A stretch of DNA of 64,000 nt, taken from assembly GCA_963674825.1 (NCBI GenBank), contig OY771587.1, positions 992,001 through 1,056,000 on the forward strand, in the 5' to 3' direction. The position numbers were made by a program, and so were the translations under genes. The notes beneath the pieces are model-generated. The model was not told where the DNA came from and did not search any database. It worked only from the letters and a program-made list of their open reading frames with translations. Below, piece by piece: positions 8,868-19,947 of this stretch (positions are counted from its first letter, which is position 1; each line of letters starts with the position of its first letter). The stretch comes from Candidatus Cloacimonadales bacterium (GTDB lineage: Bacteria > Cloacimonadota > Cloacimonadia > Cloacimonadales > JAIOQZ01).

Positions 8868-11141
8868 TTAAAACAAGTCATTGAAATCGTCATTGACTTT
8901 AGCACTCTTTCCATGCGCTTTAAAATTGATGTCACCAATCAGATTGTCTCCCGCATAAACACTACATGAGTAATCACCAGCCCGTTTGATATCTGGCAAT
9001 TTAACTGTAAAATGGTTACTATCAATCCGTGAAGCCATGTAACGCTTTTTTCTGATAACAATGGAGATATCGTGCATTGCCCAGTTGACATACAGATTGA
9101 TAACCGCACCCTTCTGAATATCAACAGAGACAGTCTCCTCAACAAGCTTAACCACTATGTTTGCATCCTTCAAGGTAAGTTCAATAATGGGAACCACGAC
9201 CTCTTCCAAGGACGCACCACCATGTACTTCAACATTCGCCGCCCGGCTCCCTCTGAAGCGTCCATAGTCAGCAAGTACAAGATATCCATTTTCCTCTGCA
9301 GCAAATGGCAGTTCATCATCTGGCTGAAATGATTTACAGCAACGCCCCGAATGCTCACCTTTAGTATCAGTGTTGTACTTTTCCTCTTTTCGCCGTAAGA
9401 CGGCAAGTCTTGAAGCACCATGGTCACTTACTATCAAGAATCGTTTAATTTCTCTTTGCGCAAGTTTTGTGGCTGCCTTGTTCATCATCTCTGTTATTAT
9501 TTCCAGCTCTTTCGCAAGGTGGATAGGCAATTCGTTATTAGTAAAGTTATAACCGCCAGTATCTTTATGCTTAATATTATCAAGGTCATTATTCTTCTCT
9601 TTATCACCCTTCCATTCATCAAAAAAATCTTTGTTGATTTCTGTTATCGTTGGAAGTTCTGCACGAGCAATGCAAATCTGAATCAGCAGATTGTACTTCT
9701 GAGCTAGGGTCTCTATAAGTCCCAAATACTCAACTCCAAGAGCATCAAGCCAGTATAAGTATGTCCCCTTTTGGTCGACTTTGTCTAAAACCTCATTTCT
9801 TGTAGGCAAATGATTGAACATTCGTGGTGGGAGAGCTAGCTCCTCGACTTTCTCCAAGAAATCTTTCTCAAGCATATTCAGTAATTTCTGTCGTTTATAT
9901 GCTCGAAAATATTTTGTCAACAAGTCAGCGAGTATAGGACATTTAAAAATATAATCGCCCATATATGCAGCCAACGCAGGATACACTCTTTCAAGCTGCG
10001 TAATCATTCCGTTTACCGAGAGCCATGCTATGACCTCTTCACGTTCAACTTCTGTTCGATCAGTTAATTTGAAAATGCTTTCCGAGACTGCTTGCCGGTT
10101 ACTTATTACAAAATCCGCAATGGCTGGCTCTGGAAACTTCTCGGTAAGCACTTTGCGCTCTTCATAAAATTGGGGAAACCGTGCATCCGTTGGCTTAATA
10201 TAAATGATCTCTTCTAATACCCGCTTGCTGAAATCATCGAACGTTGTCGTTTGATTGAGTACGTACCGGAGGTATCCACTTTGCAATGTTTCTTCTTTGC
10301 ACTTGAGACTGATAAAATAAAGCCAGTTAGGATAATTTCTTCCAGCAATTCGCGAATAAAAATCTGACTCAAGATTACTGTTAAAATCGAATTTCTCAAA
10401 AACTTCATCGATTGAATAATTGTTTTCATTGAGGTTAGATAGCAGTTCTGTCCATTGCTCATCACTTCCGCATGATTGTTCTAAGTTAAATCCATCCGTT
10501 ACGAGCTTGATGGCATCAAATGCCGTATTTACATGACTCACTGTAAATATTGCCAAATCAAGACTGACAGTAGTGTTTACAACAACTCTGCCTTTCTTTC
10601 CATTCTCAAGCTCCTCCAGCATTGCTTTGAAAGAAGCTAATGCACTTAATCCAACGGAAGGTTTTACAAAGTAAAAAGACAAATCACATTTAGCATCATC
10701 AATAACGCTGTATCGGCGACTGTCAAAACGAAGGTCAGTTAATAACTTTGAAACGAGCGAAGCTAAGCCTCGTAGAAGAAAAACGACTTTAACACCTTTG
10801 AAATTGTAATCTTTCAAACGCAGAATAGTATGTAGTGCTTCAGCGCTTCCAAGTAGAGCGAGAAACTCACCGAGTCCAATAATTGCGTACTTTTTCTTCT
10901 TTGCATTCCCCACTGATTTATTGATGTAGTTGAGGAGATCATCAATGCTAGGCACCTTATCATCGTTATTGCAGAAAACACTTAATCTAACACACTCAAC
11001 CCCAGCAAAAGCTAATTCACTTTTTGCTGCTTGATACTTCTCGTCACTAACAAACAAGAAAAACGGAGTTGATGAGAGTAAATACGATTCCCTTTGAATC
11101 TCGGGGGCATCCAGATATTTCCTAACTGTGCTGAACAACAT
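8868..11141 (-). CDS. pglZ: BREX-4 PglZ alkaline-phosphatase-fold protein
   Basis: YWLDALG, LPTIT, VSDHG, HGGASLEEVVVP motifs. Confidence 0.9.
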   Translation of the reverse strand: MLFSTVRKYLDAPEIQRESYLLSSTPFFLFVSDEKYQAAKSELAFAGVECVRLSVFCNNDDKVPSIDDLLNYINKSVGNAKKKKYAIIGLGEFLALLGSAEALHTILRLKDYNFKGVKVVFLLRGLASLVSKLLTDLRFDSRRYSVIDDAKCDLSFYFVKPSVGLSALASFKAMLEELENGKKGRVVVNTTVSLDLAIFTVSHVNTAFDAIKLVTDGFNLEQSCGSDEQWTELLSNLNENNYSIDEVFEKFDFNSNLESDFYSRIAGRNYPNWLYFISLKCKEETLQSGYLRYVLNQTTTFDDFSKRVLEEIIYIKPTDARFPQFYEERKVLTEKFPEPAIADFVISNRQAVSESIFKLTDRTEVEREEVIAWLSVNGMITQLERVYPALAAYMGDYIFKCPILADLLTKYFRAYKRQKLLNMLEKDFLEKVEELALPPRMFNHLPTRNEVLDKVDQKGTYLYWLDALGVEYLGLIETLAQKYNLLIQICIARAELPTITEINKDFFDEWKGDKEKNNDLDNIKHKDTGGYNFTNNELPIHLAKELEIITEMMNKAATKLAQREIKRFLIVSDHGASRLAVLRRKEEKYNTDTKGEHSGRCCKSFQPDDELPFAAEENGYLVLADYGRFRGSRAANVEVHGGASLEEVVVPIIELTLKDANIVVKLVEETVSVDIQKGAVINLYVNWAMHDISIVIRKKRYMASRIDSNHFTVKLPDIKRAGDYSCSVYAGDNLIGDINFKAHGKSAKVNDDFNDLF

Positions 11142-11142
11142 T

Positions 11143-14100
11143 CTAATCCCCGCTTCTATTAGCCAGTATCTCAACTCCGACAGCCATATTGTCTTTGATA
11201 AGTTGCTTCAGATACTTTTTAATCTGCTTATCGTCCATTTTGTCAATTTTAGCAAGTACTTGATCGCTGCCACCTGCATTGTACTTAGCTTCGGCGAGTT
11301 TTTTTATTTTGGCTTTGACAGTTGGGTGTTCGCGCCATTCGTATGTGTCTATACATAGGCGATCAAGAGCATCTCTGACTGTGTCAAAATCGGAAAGTAA
11401 GGGGAAATAGTCACCGACAATATCCCGTTTAAAAGCACTATCTCGTTTTTCTTGATCAGATAGTGTATTAAAAAGAGTTGTTGAGTTGAGGAATTCTAAC
11501 GCTGAACGAATTTCTGAATCTCTCCCCACATTTCTATTGATGATTTCGAAAGCTCTCTTTGATTTTTCATAGTCGATCTCAGAAACACAGCTTAAAATCG
11601 GTGTTCTGTAATGACTCGACCATTCATTCGGATTTTTCGTCCCTGTCTTTTCCTTCCACAATGAAATGAGTTGAGATTTTAACTGGTTCCTGCGAAATTC
11701 ATTAGCTGCTTCATCAACCTTTGAGTTACAGATTGTTTGAGACAACTCAAACATACCCATTGGGAGAAGACGCCTAATATTGACAATGTCGTGATCAGCT
11801 ATGTCTTCAAGATACACTTCGTAGATCAGGGCAAAAGTACGTATGTCGTTGATCAGTAGTTCCCTTACTTCAGCACCGTTTGATACTAACTCGGAAAGGA
11901 ACTCCCTCAATTTCTCAGGTAGAATATCTTCTTTTTTACAGATTTTTAGGAGTATGTCGAGAATCCGACTCAAAGCAGAGAATTTAGCCTGTAGAGCTTC
12001 ACATGAAATGCGGAGAAACTCCAAACGCTCTTTCCATTTGCCTTTTACCTCCATCCAGCAATGCATGTCTGCACTTAGAATCATTCTACTCTCTTTGACT
12101 ACACTGTACTCGATCATTAGTCTTTGTATTTCTTCTTCGCCTGTTTGCTTGTCCCAGAGGCATGCATGTTTAACGTCAAACAATCGACGAATGTCATTAA
12201 ACAGGCTGTCCTCTACTCCGATTTCTGATGCGAGTTCTAACACTTTGCCATTTTCATAACAACAAAGGTACTTATACATGCCTTTCTGACAATTATCGCT
12301 TGTGAGTAAGGTGCGCAAGTTATTAGCGATTGATGGATTGGCGGCTGCGATACCTCCGATTTCAACAGCTTTTCTCTGGGCATCATTACCTTCTCTTTGA
12401 ACGAGTTCTATGTATTTCTGAACCACATTGAAGACACCAGCAGTATCCACCTCTTCAAGGCACCATACCGGCAGATTCAATCTACGCATTTGAGCAGAGA
12501 CGGCTCTGGCTGCCTGCCCGGCAGAAGAGCATGAATTAGGTGGAACTCCCCAAGCCTTCTCCGTAAGTTCGTGGAACGCCATTTCTTCGGTAGTCATTTT
12601 AACGATATAGGTCGTTTTGGAAGACTTGCTCGTGCTGATGTAGTTTCCGATCATTTCTGCAAGTTTATCCGACGTCATTATTCCATGGCCTCCTGAAGAG
12701 TCACTAAAACGGAATGGATCACCACCATACTCTTTCAGAAGAAAACCCGTAATGAACGACGATAGGTTACATGGCGCAAAACCGTATGTAACCACAAGAA
12801 ATTCATATATATCACTGATGGATATCTCTCCTTCACGAGCAAACGCATCCTCAATACGTTTGGTTACTTCGATTTTGATTTTTGAAATTGGTAATAACGC
12901 TGTGTCGGTGTTTTCCCAATACCGTTCAATTTGCCAAACGTTCGGAAGAACGTGTTTCTCGAGACCAACTACTACACCTCTCGTTGCTTTTGATATACCC
13001 GATTTAGCAGAAGCCTTTCCTTGAGTCAATTTCATCTGGTTTTCGTTAACACCCTTGGCAAAATCAAAAAAGAGAGTCGAATGAAATTTGTTGATAACGA
13101 TAGTTTGAAGCACAGAGGAAACACCCTGTCCATTGCCAAGTTTCTCACCATCTTGATTTTTATAGGTGTAAACGATGAATGGACCGTTGAAAATGCGATT
13201 CTTCCAGTCTAAGTCTAAGACTCGTTTTGCTTTATCCGAATTTTCTAGTGAAGATGTATTATTGCTTCCTTGATAATACATCGCCATAGCTTCGAAATCA
13301 ACGTATTGCTCAAATGCCTCCGTGCCAAGTGGAGTTGAGAGTGCATCTATGAAAACGATGTTTTCATACTGCTTGTCGGAAATTGCATTCCTGAGGGATA
13401 AGCGGAAACTTGCTGCTTCCGTTTCATCTTTGGCGAAGGCTATAACAGCTTGAAAATTCCATGATGTAGATTTCTCGCGTAATTCATTGATTTTGCGAGT
13501 AAAATCAGCCGTAGTTACTGGAGTTATTTTGCCTGTACCTGGTTCAGACTCAAATCTCAGGCGAAGTGCAGGAGAGAGGGATAAAACATTGGAAAGACCA
13601 CCGACTGTGATTAACTTCGAAGTTTTGCTATTCTGGCGCACTTGTTCTTTGTACTTGTCGATCTTCACCTGATCTCCGGCTAACACAGCAGCCCCGTATG
13701 CATATCGCCCACCGCTGATTGGATTTAAAACGAGAATACCCCTTTCTTTAAGCCCCTTTGCAAGACTGGCAGACTTAGACCCTTCTAAATCGGATATGCC
13801 CTCAAAGACATAACTTAGATTCTGATCCGTTGCTTTAAATAGATCAATCATTCCGCCTAAACGCTGATCTATAGCCTGCATACAGAGTATGGCTTTCAAA
13901 ATTACTTTTTCATCATTTCGTAAATTCTGCTGTTGTGGATAAGTGTCCAGAATCAAACGAATATCTGAGGTGAGATTATCTTTCCCTTTCTCGTAGAAAA
14001 AATCCCACAACATATCCACTGTAAGAAGTGGGTGATCGTCAATTGGTCCTTTATTTTCTAAAAACCATTGGAATGCCATTACGTCGTCACTGTATGTCGA

Positions 14101-15312
14101 CTTGATGAAGTCGAACATGCTCCGTTGATTGGATTGGAACGCTGAGGCAATATGCTTTAGAAGCAAGGCGGCCATAGGGTGAAGTGGCATTATATTCTTC
14201 ATCACACGAGGATCGTCAATTTTCGCTACTGACATGACTTTTGCGCGGGAATTTTGAACTCGAGTGTTCAAGTCATCAGTAAAATTCTCCCATTCTGCCT
14301 TTACGGCTGCTTTAACATTGAAAGCATGACCGATAAGATCGAAGGCAATGTTATCGGGTAATGCAATGCTTACCGGAATAAACCGATCGCTTACTTTCTT
14401 CCATGTCAAGTCGGTGTTCGGAAACAGTTGTCCTGATTCATGAGTTACTATAATGAAATAGAAGGGGTTCAAATTCACAAACTCAACGAGTTTTTGGAAT
14501 TCTGAAAGGCTCTCTCGATTATTTTTCAAATAGTCGGAAAACTCATCCCATATAAAGACAACTTTGATGTTGTTCTGATCGATAATGTCTTTCAGCCAAT
14601 TTATTAGCCTGTTAGCATCAATATTTAATGCTGTGATCCCCTCGTTGTCGGCAAGCCGGAAAATGTTTGCCATTAGAGTTTTAATCTCCCCCCCCCTTCG
14701 AAGAGAATTAAGCACTTCATCGGCGTTGGCATGGCTGAACAGTGTTGCCCATTCAGGTTGTTTCAATAGGTCATCTATGAATCGCTTCTGCGAGGGCTTC
14801 TCAATCCAGGCAATAACGCTATCCTTTAGAGCATCCTCACCTGAATACAAGCCCGCTTCTTCAAGTTGAGCTTTTACTGTTTCCTGGATTGCAAAGAAAA
14901 GATCACGAGGAGAATCGATCATCCCCGAGGCATATCTATAAGCTGTTATAATACCTTTCTTCTTGTGACCGACTAACTTTTCGAGTAAATCGGATTTCCT
15001 ATTCAATGGCTCATATTTTCCCCAGTAAGTGCGGACATCTTCTTCGGGTTCTTCAAGAATTTTCTTTAGGGCATAGGCACATTGTGACTTGCCTGTGCCA
15101 TACGCACCTTCTATCCATATTGAACGTTTCTCCTGCCGGGCTAAAACACGTTCCATTTTACTCAGCATCTCTATGAATGTGGAGTGCGGATAAGTTCTCA
15201 TCCAGAACTGGGGATTGTTCTTTTCGGCAGCATCTATTGATGAATCGTTGACCTGGGGAAAGTACTCTTCATCAATATCGAAGTAATCGCGGTATTTATT
15301 GCCATTATTCAT
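11143..15312 (-). CDS. brxC: BREX BrxC/PglY-like large P-loop ATPase
   Basis: GAYGTGKS Walker A, FIWDEFS Walker B, PLHP and QSNQRSMF; ~1390 aa between brxP and pglZ. Confidence 0.85.
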   Translation of the reverse strand: MNNGNKYRDYFDIDEEYFPQVNDSSIDAAEKNNPQFWMRTYPHSTFIEMLSKMERVLARQEKRSIWIEGAYGTGKSQCAYALKKILEEPEEDVRTYWGKYEPLNRKSDLLEKLVGHKKKGIITAYRYASGMIDSPRDLFFAIQETVKAQLEEAGLYSGEDALKDSVIAWIEKPSQKRFIDDLLKQPEWATLFSHANADEVLNSLRRGGEIKTLMANIFRLADNEGITALNIDANRLINWLKDIIDQNNIKVVFIWDEFSDYLKNNRESLSEFQKLVEFVNLNPFYFIIVTHESGQLFPNTDLTWKKVSDRFIPVSIALPDNIAFDLIGHAFNVKAAVKAEWENFTDDLNTRVQNSRAKVMSVAKIDDPRVMKNIMPLHPMAALLLKHIASAFQSNQRSMFDFIKSTYSDDVMAFQWFLENKGPIDDHPLLTVDMLWDFFYEKGKDNLTSDIRLILDTYPQQQNLRNDEKVILKAILCMQAIDQRLGGMIDLFKATDQNLSYVFEGISDLEGSKSASLAKGLKERGILVLNPISGGRYAYGAAVLAGDQVKIDKYKEQVRQNSKTSKLITVGGLSNVLSLSPALRLRFESEPGTGKITPVTTADFTRKINELREKSTSWNFQAVIAFAKDETEAASFRLSLRNAISDKQYENIVFIDALSTPLGTEAFEQYVDFEAMAMYYQGSNNTSSLENSDKAKRVLDLDWKNRIFNGPFIVYTYKNQDGEKLGNGQGVSSVLQTIVINKFHSTLFFDFAKGVNENQMKLTQGKASAKSGISKATRGVVVGLEKHVLPNVWQIERYWENTDTALLPISKIKIEVTKRIEDAFAREGEISISDIYEFLVVTYGFAPCNLSSFITGFLLKEYGGDPFRFSDSSGGHGIMTSDKLAEMIGNYISTSKSSKTTYIVKMTTEEMAFHELTEKAWGVPPNSCSSAGQAARAVSAQMRRLNLPVWCLEEVDTAGVFNVVQKYIELVQREGNDAQRKAVEIGGIAAANPSIANNLRTLLTSDNCQKGMYKYLCCYENGKVLELASEIGVEDSLFNDIRRLFDVKHACLWDKQTGEEEIQRLMIEYSVVKESRMILSADMHCWMEVKGKWKERLEFLRISCEALQAKFSALSRILDILLKICKKEDILPEKLREFLSELVSNGAEVRELLINDIRTFALIYEVYLEDIADHDIVNIRRLLPMGMFELSQTICNSKVDEAANEFRRNQLKSQLISLWKEKTGTKNPNEWSSHYRTPILSCVSEIDYEKSKRAFEIINRNVGRDSEIRSALEFLNSTTLFNTLSDQEKRDSAFKRDIVGDYFPLLSDFDTVRDALDRLCIDTYEWREHPTVKAKIKKLAEAKYNAGGSDQVLAKIDKMDDKQIKKYLKQLIKDNMAVGVEILANRSGD

Positions 15313-17605
15313 CTTCGTTATCTCCTGTGAACAAATCAAGTACGTCTGTGGAAGATTTTCTCTCATCAAGTGCTATTTTCTCAAGATCATGTGTGAATGA
15401 TGCAGTGATGAATTGGGGATATTTTGCAGATAATCCCAAAAGGAGTGACGTCATTTCGTTCCGGTCAAGTCCGAAAATCTGAGAGGGACTGATACCATCA
15501 CGGTCAATACTGTCATTCAGCAACGTGGCAAGAGTGAATTCTTTGTAGTCGCCACACTTTTCTGCAAACCTGAACAATCCATATAGAACTACTCGCGGAT
15601 CACCCACAGAGCACTTAGTGCGAACGAGATCACCTTTTTCGGTGATATAACCAAACCGTAAGATCGTACCGAGGTGTGTTTCAACTATCCTTTTATAGGC
15701 TTTAGCAATGGCTTTTGCCGGTCTCTTCAATAAGCCATCCGTGAGAAGCATGTCGACCACATTCTGACGGGTGTAAGTATGTCCAATATCAAGATTTTTA
15801 ATATACCATCCCATTTGAGGGTTTGAGCAAGCGAGGTTAATGAGCATCAATCCCAATGCGGTGTCAGTTTCCCAGCCAATGGAACAAACAATTTGTGCAA
15901 AGCGAGATAAACGATTATCGGTCGATAATTCCGCATCAGAAAGGAATACTTTGAATTTAACAAGTTGGTCGGGACCCAAATTATTTTCCGTGAAAAAACT
16001 TTCCTTATCGCTAAAAAAATCTGAAATCCAATCTGATTTGGGTGCATGCTCAGTAAATGAATTGATTGATCGCATTTTTGTCCCTCCATTTGGTATCTTT
16101 AAAGAATCATACATTAAACAACCGCCAGGCAGATTGTGACAATCATAACAGTGCTGGCAACCGTCAATTTTTATTTTTTCATTTACGAATGAAATGCACC
16201 CGTTCCTGCAATTAGCCGAACATACAGCACATGCACTACAATAAGCAGCTTTCCTGAATACTTGCCTCAGTATCTTAGCTAACGATGGATTACTCTTCAA
16301 GTGTTGCTCAAGTACTGACACGACATATCCAACCGCTGTCTGCTCTACTGATAATGGAATGTCCCAATCAAGTGTTTTTATCCATTCCCTCCAGTCTGAC
16401 TGAGGGTTTGTAATTGTAATCCGAGTATAACCATTACGCACTTCCTCTTTATACTTCTTTATTGCGCCATCAACGAACCTACCATCCGCACGAGATTTCC
16501 AAGCACCTCGATTCATAAATTCATTGAAGCGTGAATCCGAGAATTTCTTGTCGCTTGTGTTTCTAATAATGCTAAAATACTGAGTAACTGATTGCGGATA
16601 CGAGACATGCCTCATGTACTCGCTTAGTCCTCCCGACATTGGACAGACTAAACACCCAGCACGGGAATTCCCCTTTTTGTATGTATTATTTATGTAAACA
16701 CTATTAGCGAACATATACAGATAAATTTCGGCCGATGTCCATTCTAAAATAGGATAGAAATCATACTGGCCATTAACCTTCTTGCCATAATTCTCATATT
16801 CATACCCTGAACGTGTTGTACTTTCATGAGCTCGAACACCTACAAATGCTAGTCCAGTGTAATCGTTTTTTCCAGTTATCTCTCTGAGTTTAACTACTTG
16901 TGGAGTGCTTTTATGAACTGAACAGCACCAGCGAAGAATACGCGATGGTGGACCAAATAGTTCCCATGATTCTTTGGAGCTGAGATGCGATCTGGCAGTG
17001 TAGAATGGAATTTGCTCTATTGCACATTGTTGTTTGTATTCTTCAACTGTGTCATAAGTATCAGGAAACTCCATATCAGTGTCACCAAACACAACCACGA
17101 AACTGCCTTTGGGCAGTGCTTTTTTTACAAGATCAAGCAAAACACAACTGTCTTTACCACCCGAAAACGCTACGTGAAAACAGTCCAAAATGCTTTTATA
17201 TTTCTTGTAGATAGCCAGTATCTTCTTAACTGTTGTTTGCTCAATAATATCAAGCATCTCTCGATTTGCTTCAACCATACCCTCAACATCAATGGGTCTT
17301 AACGAAAGGCCTGAAGGCTCTGGCATGACCTGCATACCATCTTTATTTTTCGGGATAATGATTTTAGGAGCATTATAAACATTGCCGCCTTGTATCTTTG
17401 CAACAAGGATCCCGCGATAGTAATATTGGTTGGCTTCAGCCCACATGTATGGGGTGTGCACCTGATTGTCATATCTCCAGATTTTAGCAAAGCCTAATAC
17501 GTTTAACTCGGGAGCGAAAACCGGACGAGGTTCTTTTGAGAACTCAGTAGGTGAAGTATTGAGAAGTATTCCGCCAGTTATTTCATCGTATGTATATGAG
17601 TACAC
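15305..17605 (-). CDS. brxP: BREX-4 BrxP: PAPS-reductase (DndC/SspD-like) + 4Fe-4S + DUF4007/SspB-like C-terminal domain
   Basis: SGGKDS PP-loop, RWCC, GVRAHES, RAGCLVCP, CSACAVCSANC/CQHCYDC clusters; GTG start. Confidence 0.88.
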   Translation of the reverse strand: MYSYTYDEITGGILLNTSPTEFSKEPRPVFAPELNVLGFAKIWRYDNQVHTPYMWAEANQYYYRGILVAKIQGGNVYNAPKIIIPKNKDGMQVMPEPSGLSLRPIDVEGMVEANREMLDIIEQTTVKKILAIYKKYKSILDCFHVAFSGGKDSCVLLDLVKKALPKGSFVVVFGDTDMEFPDTYDTVEEYKQQCAIEQIPFYTARSHLSSKESWELFGPPSRILRWCCSVHKSTPQVVKLREITGKNDYTGLAFVGVRAHESTTRSGYEYENYGKKVNGQYDFYPILEWTSAEIYLYMFANSVYINNTYKKGNSRAGCLVCPMSGGLSEYMRHVSYPQSVTQYFSIIRNTSDKKFSDSRFNEFMNRGAWKSRADGRFVDGAIKKYKEEVRNGYTRITITNPQSDWREWIKTLDWDIPLSVEQTAVGYVVSVLEQHLKSNPSLAKILRQVFRKAAYCSACAVCSANCRNGCISFVNEKIKIDGCQHCYDCHNLPGGCLMYDSLKIPNGGTKMRSINSFTEHAPKSDWISDFFSDKESFFTENNLGPDQLVKFKVFLSDAELSTDNRLSRFAQIVCSIGWETDTALGLMLINLACSNPQMGWYIKNLDIGHTYTRQNVVDMLLTDGLLKRPAKAIAKAYKRIVETHLGTILRFGYITEKGDLVRTKCSVGDPRVVLYGLFRFAEKCGDYKEFTLATLLNDSIDRDGISPSQIFGLDRNEMTSLLLGLSAKYPQFITASFTHDLEKIALDERKSSTDVLDLFTGDNEDE

Positions 17606-17624
17606 TTAAACATTTCCTCTTCTA

Positions 17625-19319
17625 TTAGTTGGCTTTCACCATGTGTATTATTTCCATGATCTTCTTCTCGGAAAGCTTTCTACCCGTAAAACCATTTATT
17701 GATAGAAAATCTGCCACGATCGATGCCTCAAGTGCAACGTTGGCATTCGTTATGGCATCTACCAAGATATCCATATAGTCTTTCATGCAATTTTTCCGGA
17801 TGATCGTTCCAGCATTCCTCGAATTTCCAGTAAGAGCATTGAATCGGAATTTGTAGCTGAAACGACGACAGTAGCTTTCAAGCACAAACAAATTCCACTT
17901 CTGTCCACAATCAGGAAATGCTCCAAATGTGGTGACAGATTGTAGAGGCAGATATTCTCCTTTTATAAAAAGCTCTATAGCTTTGTCAATTCTTTCCGGT
18001 TCGAATTGAACATGTCGGTCAGCCACATAAGCATTTTTACCAATCCGAATCATTACTGAATTTGCTGCTTCTAATACAATGCGATAGGAATCACCTCCCG
18101 TAAATTCCTTCATGAAGTTCAGTAAGTCATTAAGCGAGCACTTCTCAAGAAGTCGGCAATGGTCTTTGATGATGGTAAGTATCTCAAAAGAATCTCCTTT
18201 GCGAATGATTATCTTGCCTTTTCTGTCAAACTCATCAGACAGACAAATGCGAAAAATGGCTTTTTCAATAGCATTGTTTGTCAGTTCGTAGTTACGTTCT
18301 TCGATTTCATACATGGGTAGATTTGTTGCCAGTAAATAGCCGCTGACATTACATTCCCTCTGGGCAGCATCTCGGATACTTTGCTTCTCTTTCTCGGTGA
18401 TATCTACTTGGCTGATATGTGAAAATGTCTCCAAGCGAGCTTTAAAAAAGTCGCCATTTTGTCCAAGTACATTTCTAATCCTGCTCAAAGGTATATAGAA
18501 TAACCGTTCGGCGAGTTGGTTATATGTTTGCAGAACTTGGTCACCCCACACACGTAAGATTTCACCCTCGACTACTGTATTGACAGATGAGTTTGTGAAG
18601 CCCCAATATCTTCGTGTGAATATATGCTCGGGGAAAAGGCTACGCAGAATATCAATAAGCATTGTTTCTGAAACTACACTCCCCTTGATAAGCCAGCGCT
18701 CATTCTTCTTATAGAATTCATCATAGAAGATTGCTGAAGCTCCATCGGCGAAGTAGGCTTCTACTAAATCCTTTATTCGCTTTTTAATTTCGTTAGAAAC
18801 GGCATACACTTTCCCATCGAATGTTATTCCGCAAGCAATAATACACCTATTTAGCTCACTATCGACCATCGTGATTTCATCTTCTACGTGCATTGCAGCA
18901 AAGTTTCTAAATCGTTTTAACTCGATTATTGAATTCAATCTGTAACCGTTGGAGAAGTAAGCTGTTAGTACCTTCGAAATCTGTCCCATATAGACCGGAT
19001 CAAGTATAGAAGCCGACGCATTAGAATCGATAGACTCCGGAAGATCGCATGATCCTTCCTGATCCGCAATTGTCACATCCATGCAATTGGCATCAAGATT
19101 ATCAAAATCATTTTGATTGCCTTCACTTCGTTTCGAGTGCAAAACATTGTCCATAATTTTTCGATACACCATCAGTACTGGAGCATCGTGGAGTTCATTA
19201 AACTCATCTTCTGTGAGATCTCTTCCAAGTACTTCATGAAGTACTCGCGCTTTAGCTTCGTGGAGGTCTCTGTTCATCATTTCATTGAGCTTTGATAGCT
19301 TTACCTCGTCATCTCCCAA
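17625..19319 (-). CDS. Uncharacterised ~564-aa protein, first gene of the BREX-4 operon (possibly tandem wHTH)
   Basis: TTG start with GGAGG 7 nt upstream; ends 19 nt before brxP; same strand and base composition as the operon. Confidence 0.7.
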   Translation of the reverse strand: MGDDEVKLSKLNEMMNRDLHEAKARVLHEVLGRDLTEDEFNELHDAPVLMVYRKIMDNVLHSKRSEGNQNDFDNLDANCMDVTIADQEGSCDLPESIDSNASASILDPVYMGQISKVLTAYFSNGYRLNSIIELKRFRNFAAMHVEDEITMVDSELNRCIIACGITFDGKVYAVSNEIKKRIKDLVEAYFADGASAIFYDEFYKKNERWLIKGSVVSETMLIDILRSLFPEHIFTRRYWGFTNSSVNTVVEGEILRVWGDQVLQTYNQLAERLFYIPLSRIRNVLGQNGDFFKARLETFSHISQVDITEKEKQSIRDAAQRECNVSGYLLATNLPMYEIEERNYELTNNAIEKAIFRICLSDEFDRKGKIIIRKGDSFEILTIIKDHCRLLEKCSLNDLLNFMKEFTGGDSYRIVLEAANSVMIRIGKNAYVADRHVQFEPERIDKAIELFIKGEYLPLQSVTTFGAFPDCGQKWNLFVLESYCRRFSYKFRFNALTGNSRNAGTIIRKNCMKDYMDILVDAITNANVALEASIVADFLSINGFTGRKLSEKKIMEIIHMVKAN

Positions 19320-19560
19320 ACCTAAGCCTCCCTTTGTCCATCGGCAACTACATCGTAGAATGGGAAAACTACCTGGCACACCGTTTTAATACTGGCCATA
19401 AGTTGATTGCCCATGGTTGGCTATGGTTAGCCATTTAACTTGCCAAAAAAACTACAATTACCAAACACACAAGAAAAAAATCTTCTGATTGAGTAAACAC
19501 CTGTGTCATCTCAGTGCAACCCGTTTTGCCATTATAAAGATTGTTTTCTACTCTTGCTCT

Positions 19561-19947
19561 ATGAGTAATAATGACTGGATCGACTGGGACCGCATCAGGT
19601 TCTTCCGCAAGAGTGAATTCGCCTGTTCGTGTTGTGGCGTTGTGACACTTGACATTTCGTTTGCGCTGAGACTGGATCTAGCGCGTGAAATTGCTGGCAT
19701 GCCGTTCGTCATCACGAGCGGCTATCGTTGCCACGCGCACAACGTCGAAGTCGGCGGGGTGAAGCAATCCGCGCACATGGCCGGACTGGCCGCAGATATC
19801 TCCTGCCCCGACAGCGTGACGCGACTCAAGATACTGCGCGGACTGATCGTAGCAGGCTTCCGGCGCATCGGCATCGGCAAGAATTTCATCCACTGCGACG
19901 TCGACGCCAGCAAGCCGAATAACGTCTGGCTGTACGGGGATCGGTGA
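19561..19947 (+). CDS. Peptidase M15A family endolysin
   Basis: EFACSCCG, ITSGYRC, SAHMAGLAAD, FIHCD motifs. Confidence 0.9.
   Translation: MSNNDWIDWDRIRFFRKSEFACSCCGVVTLDISFALRLDLAREIAGMPFVITSGYRCHAHNVEVGGVKQSAHMAGLAADISCPDSVTRLKILRGLIVAGFRRIGIGKNFIHCDVDASKPNNVWLYGDR

Noticed and set aside
15305..17605. Sulfate assimilation cysH or a Dnd operon
   Set aside because: Much longer than CysH, and its neighbours are brxC/pglZ/brxL rather than cys or dndBDE genes
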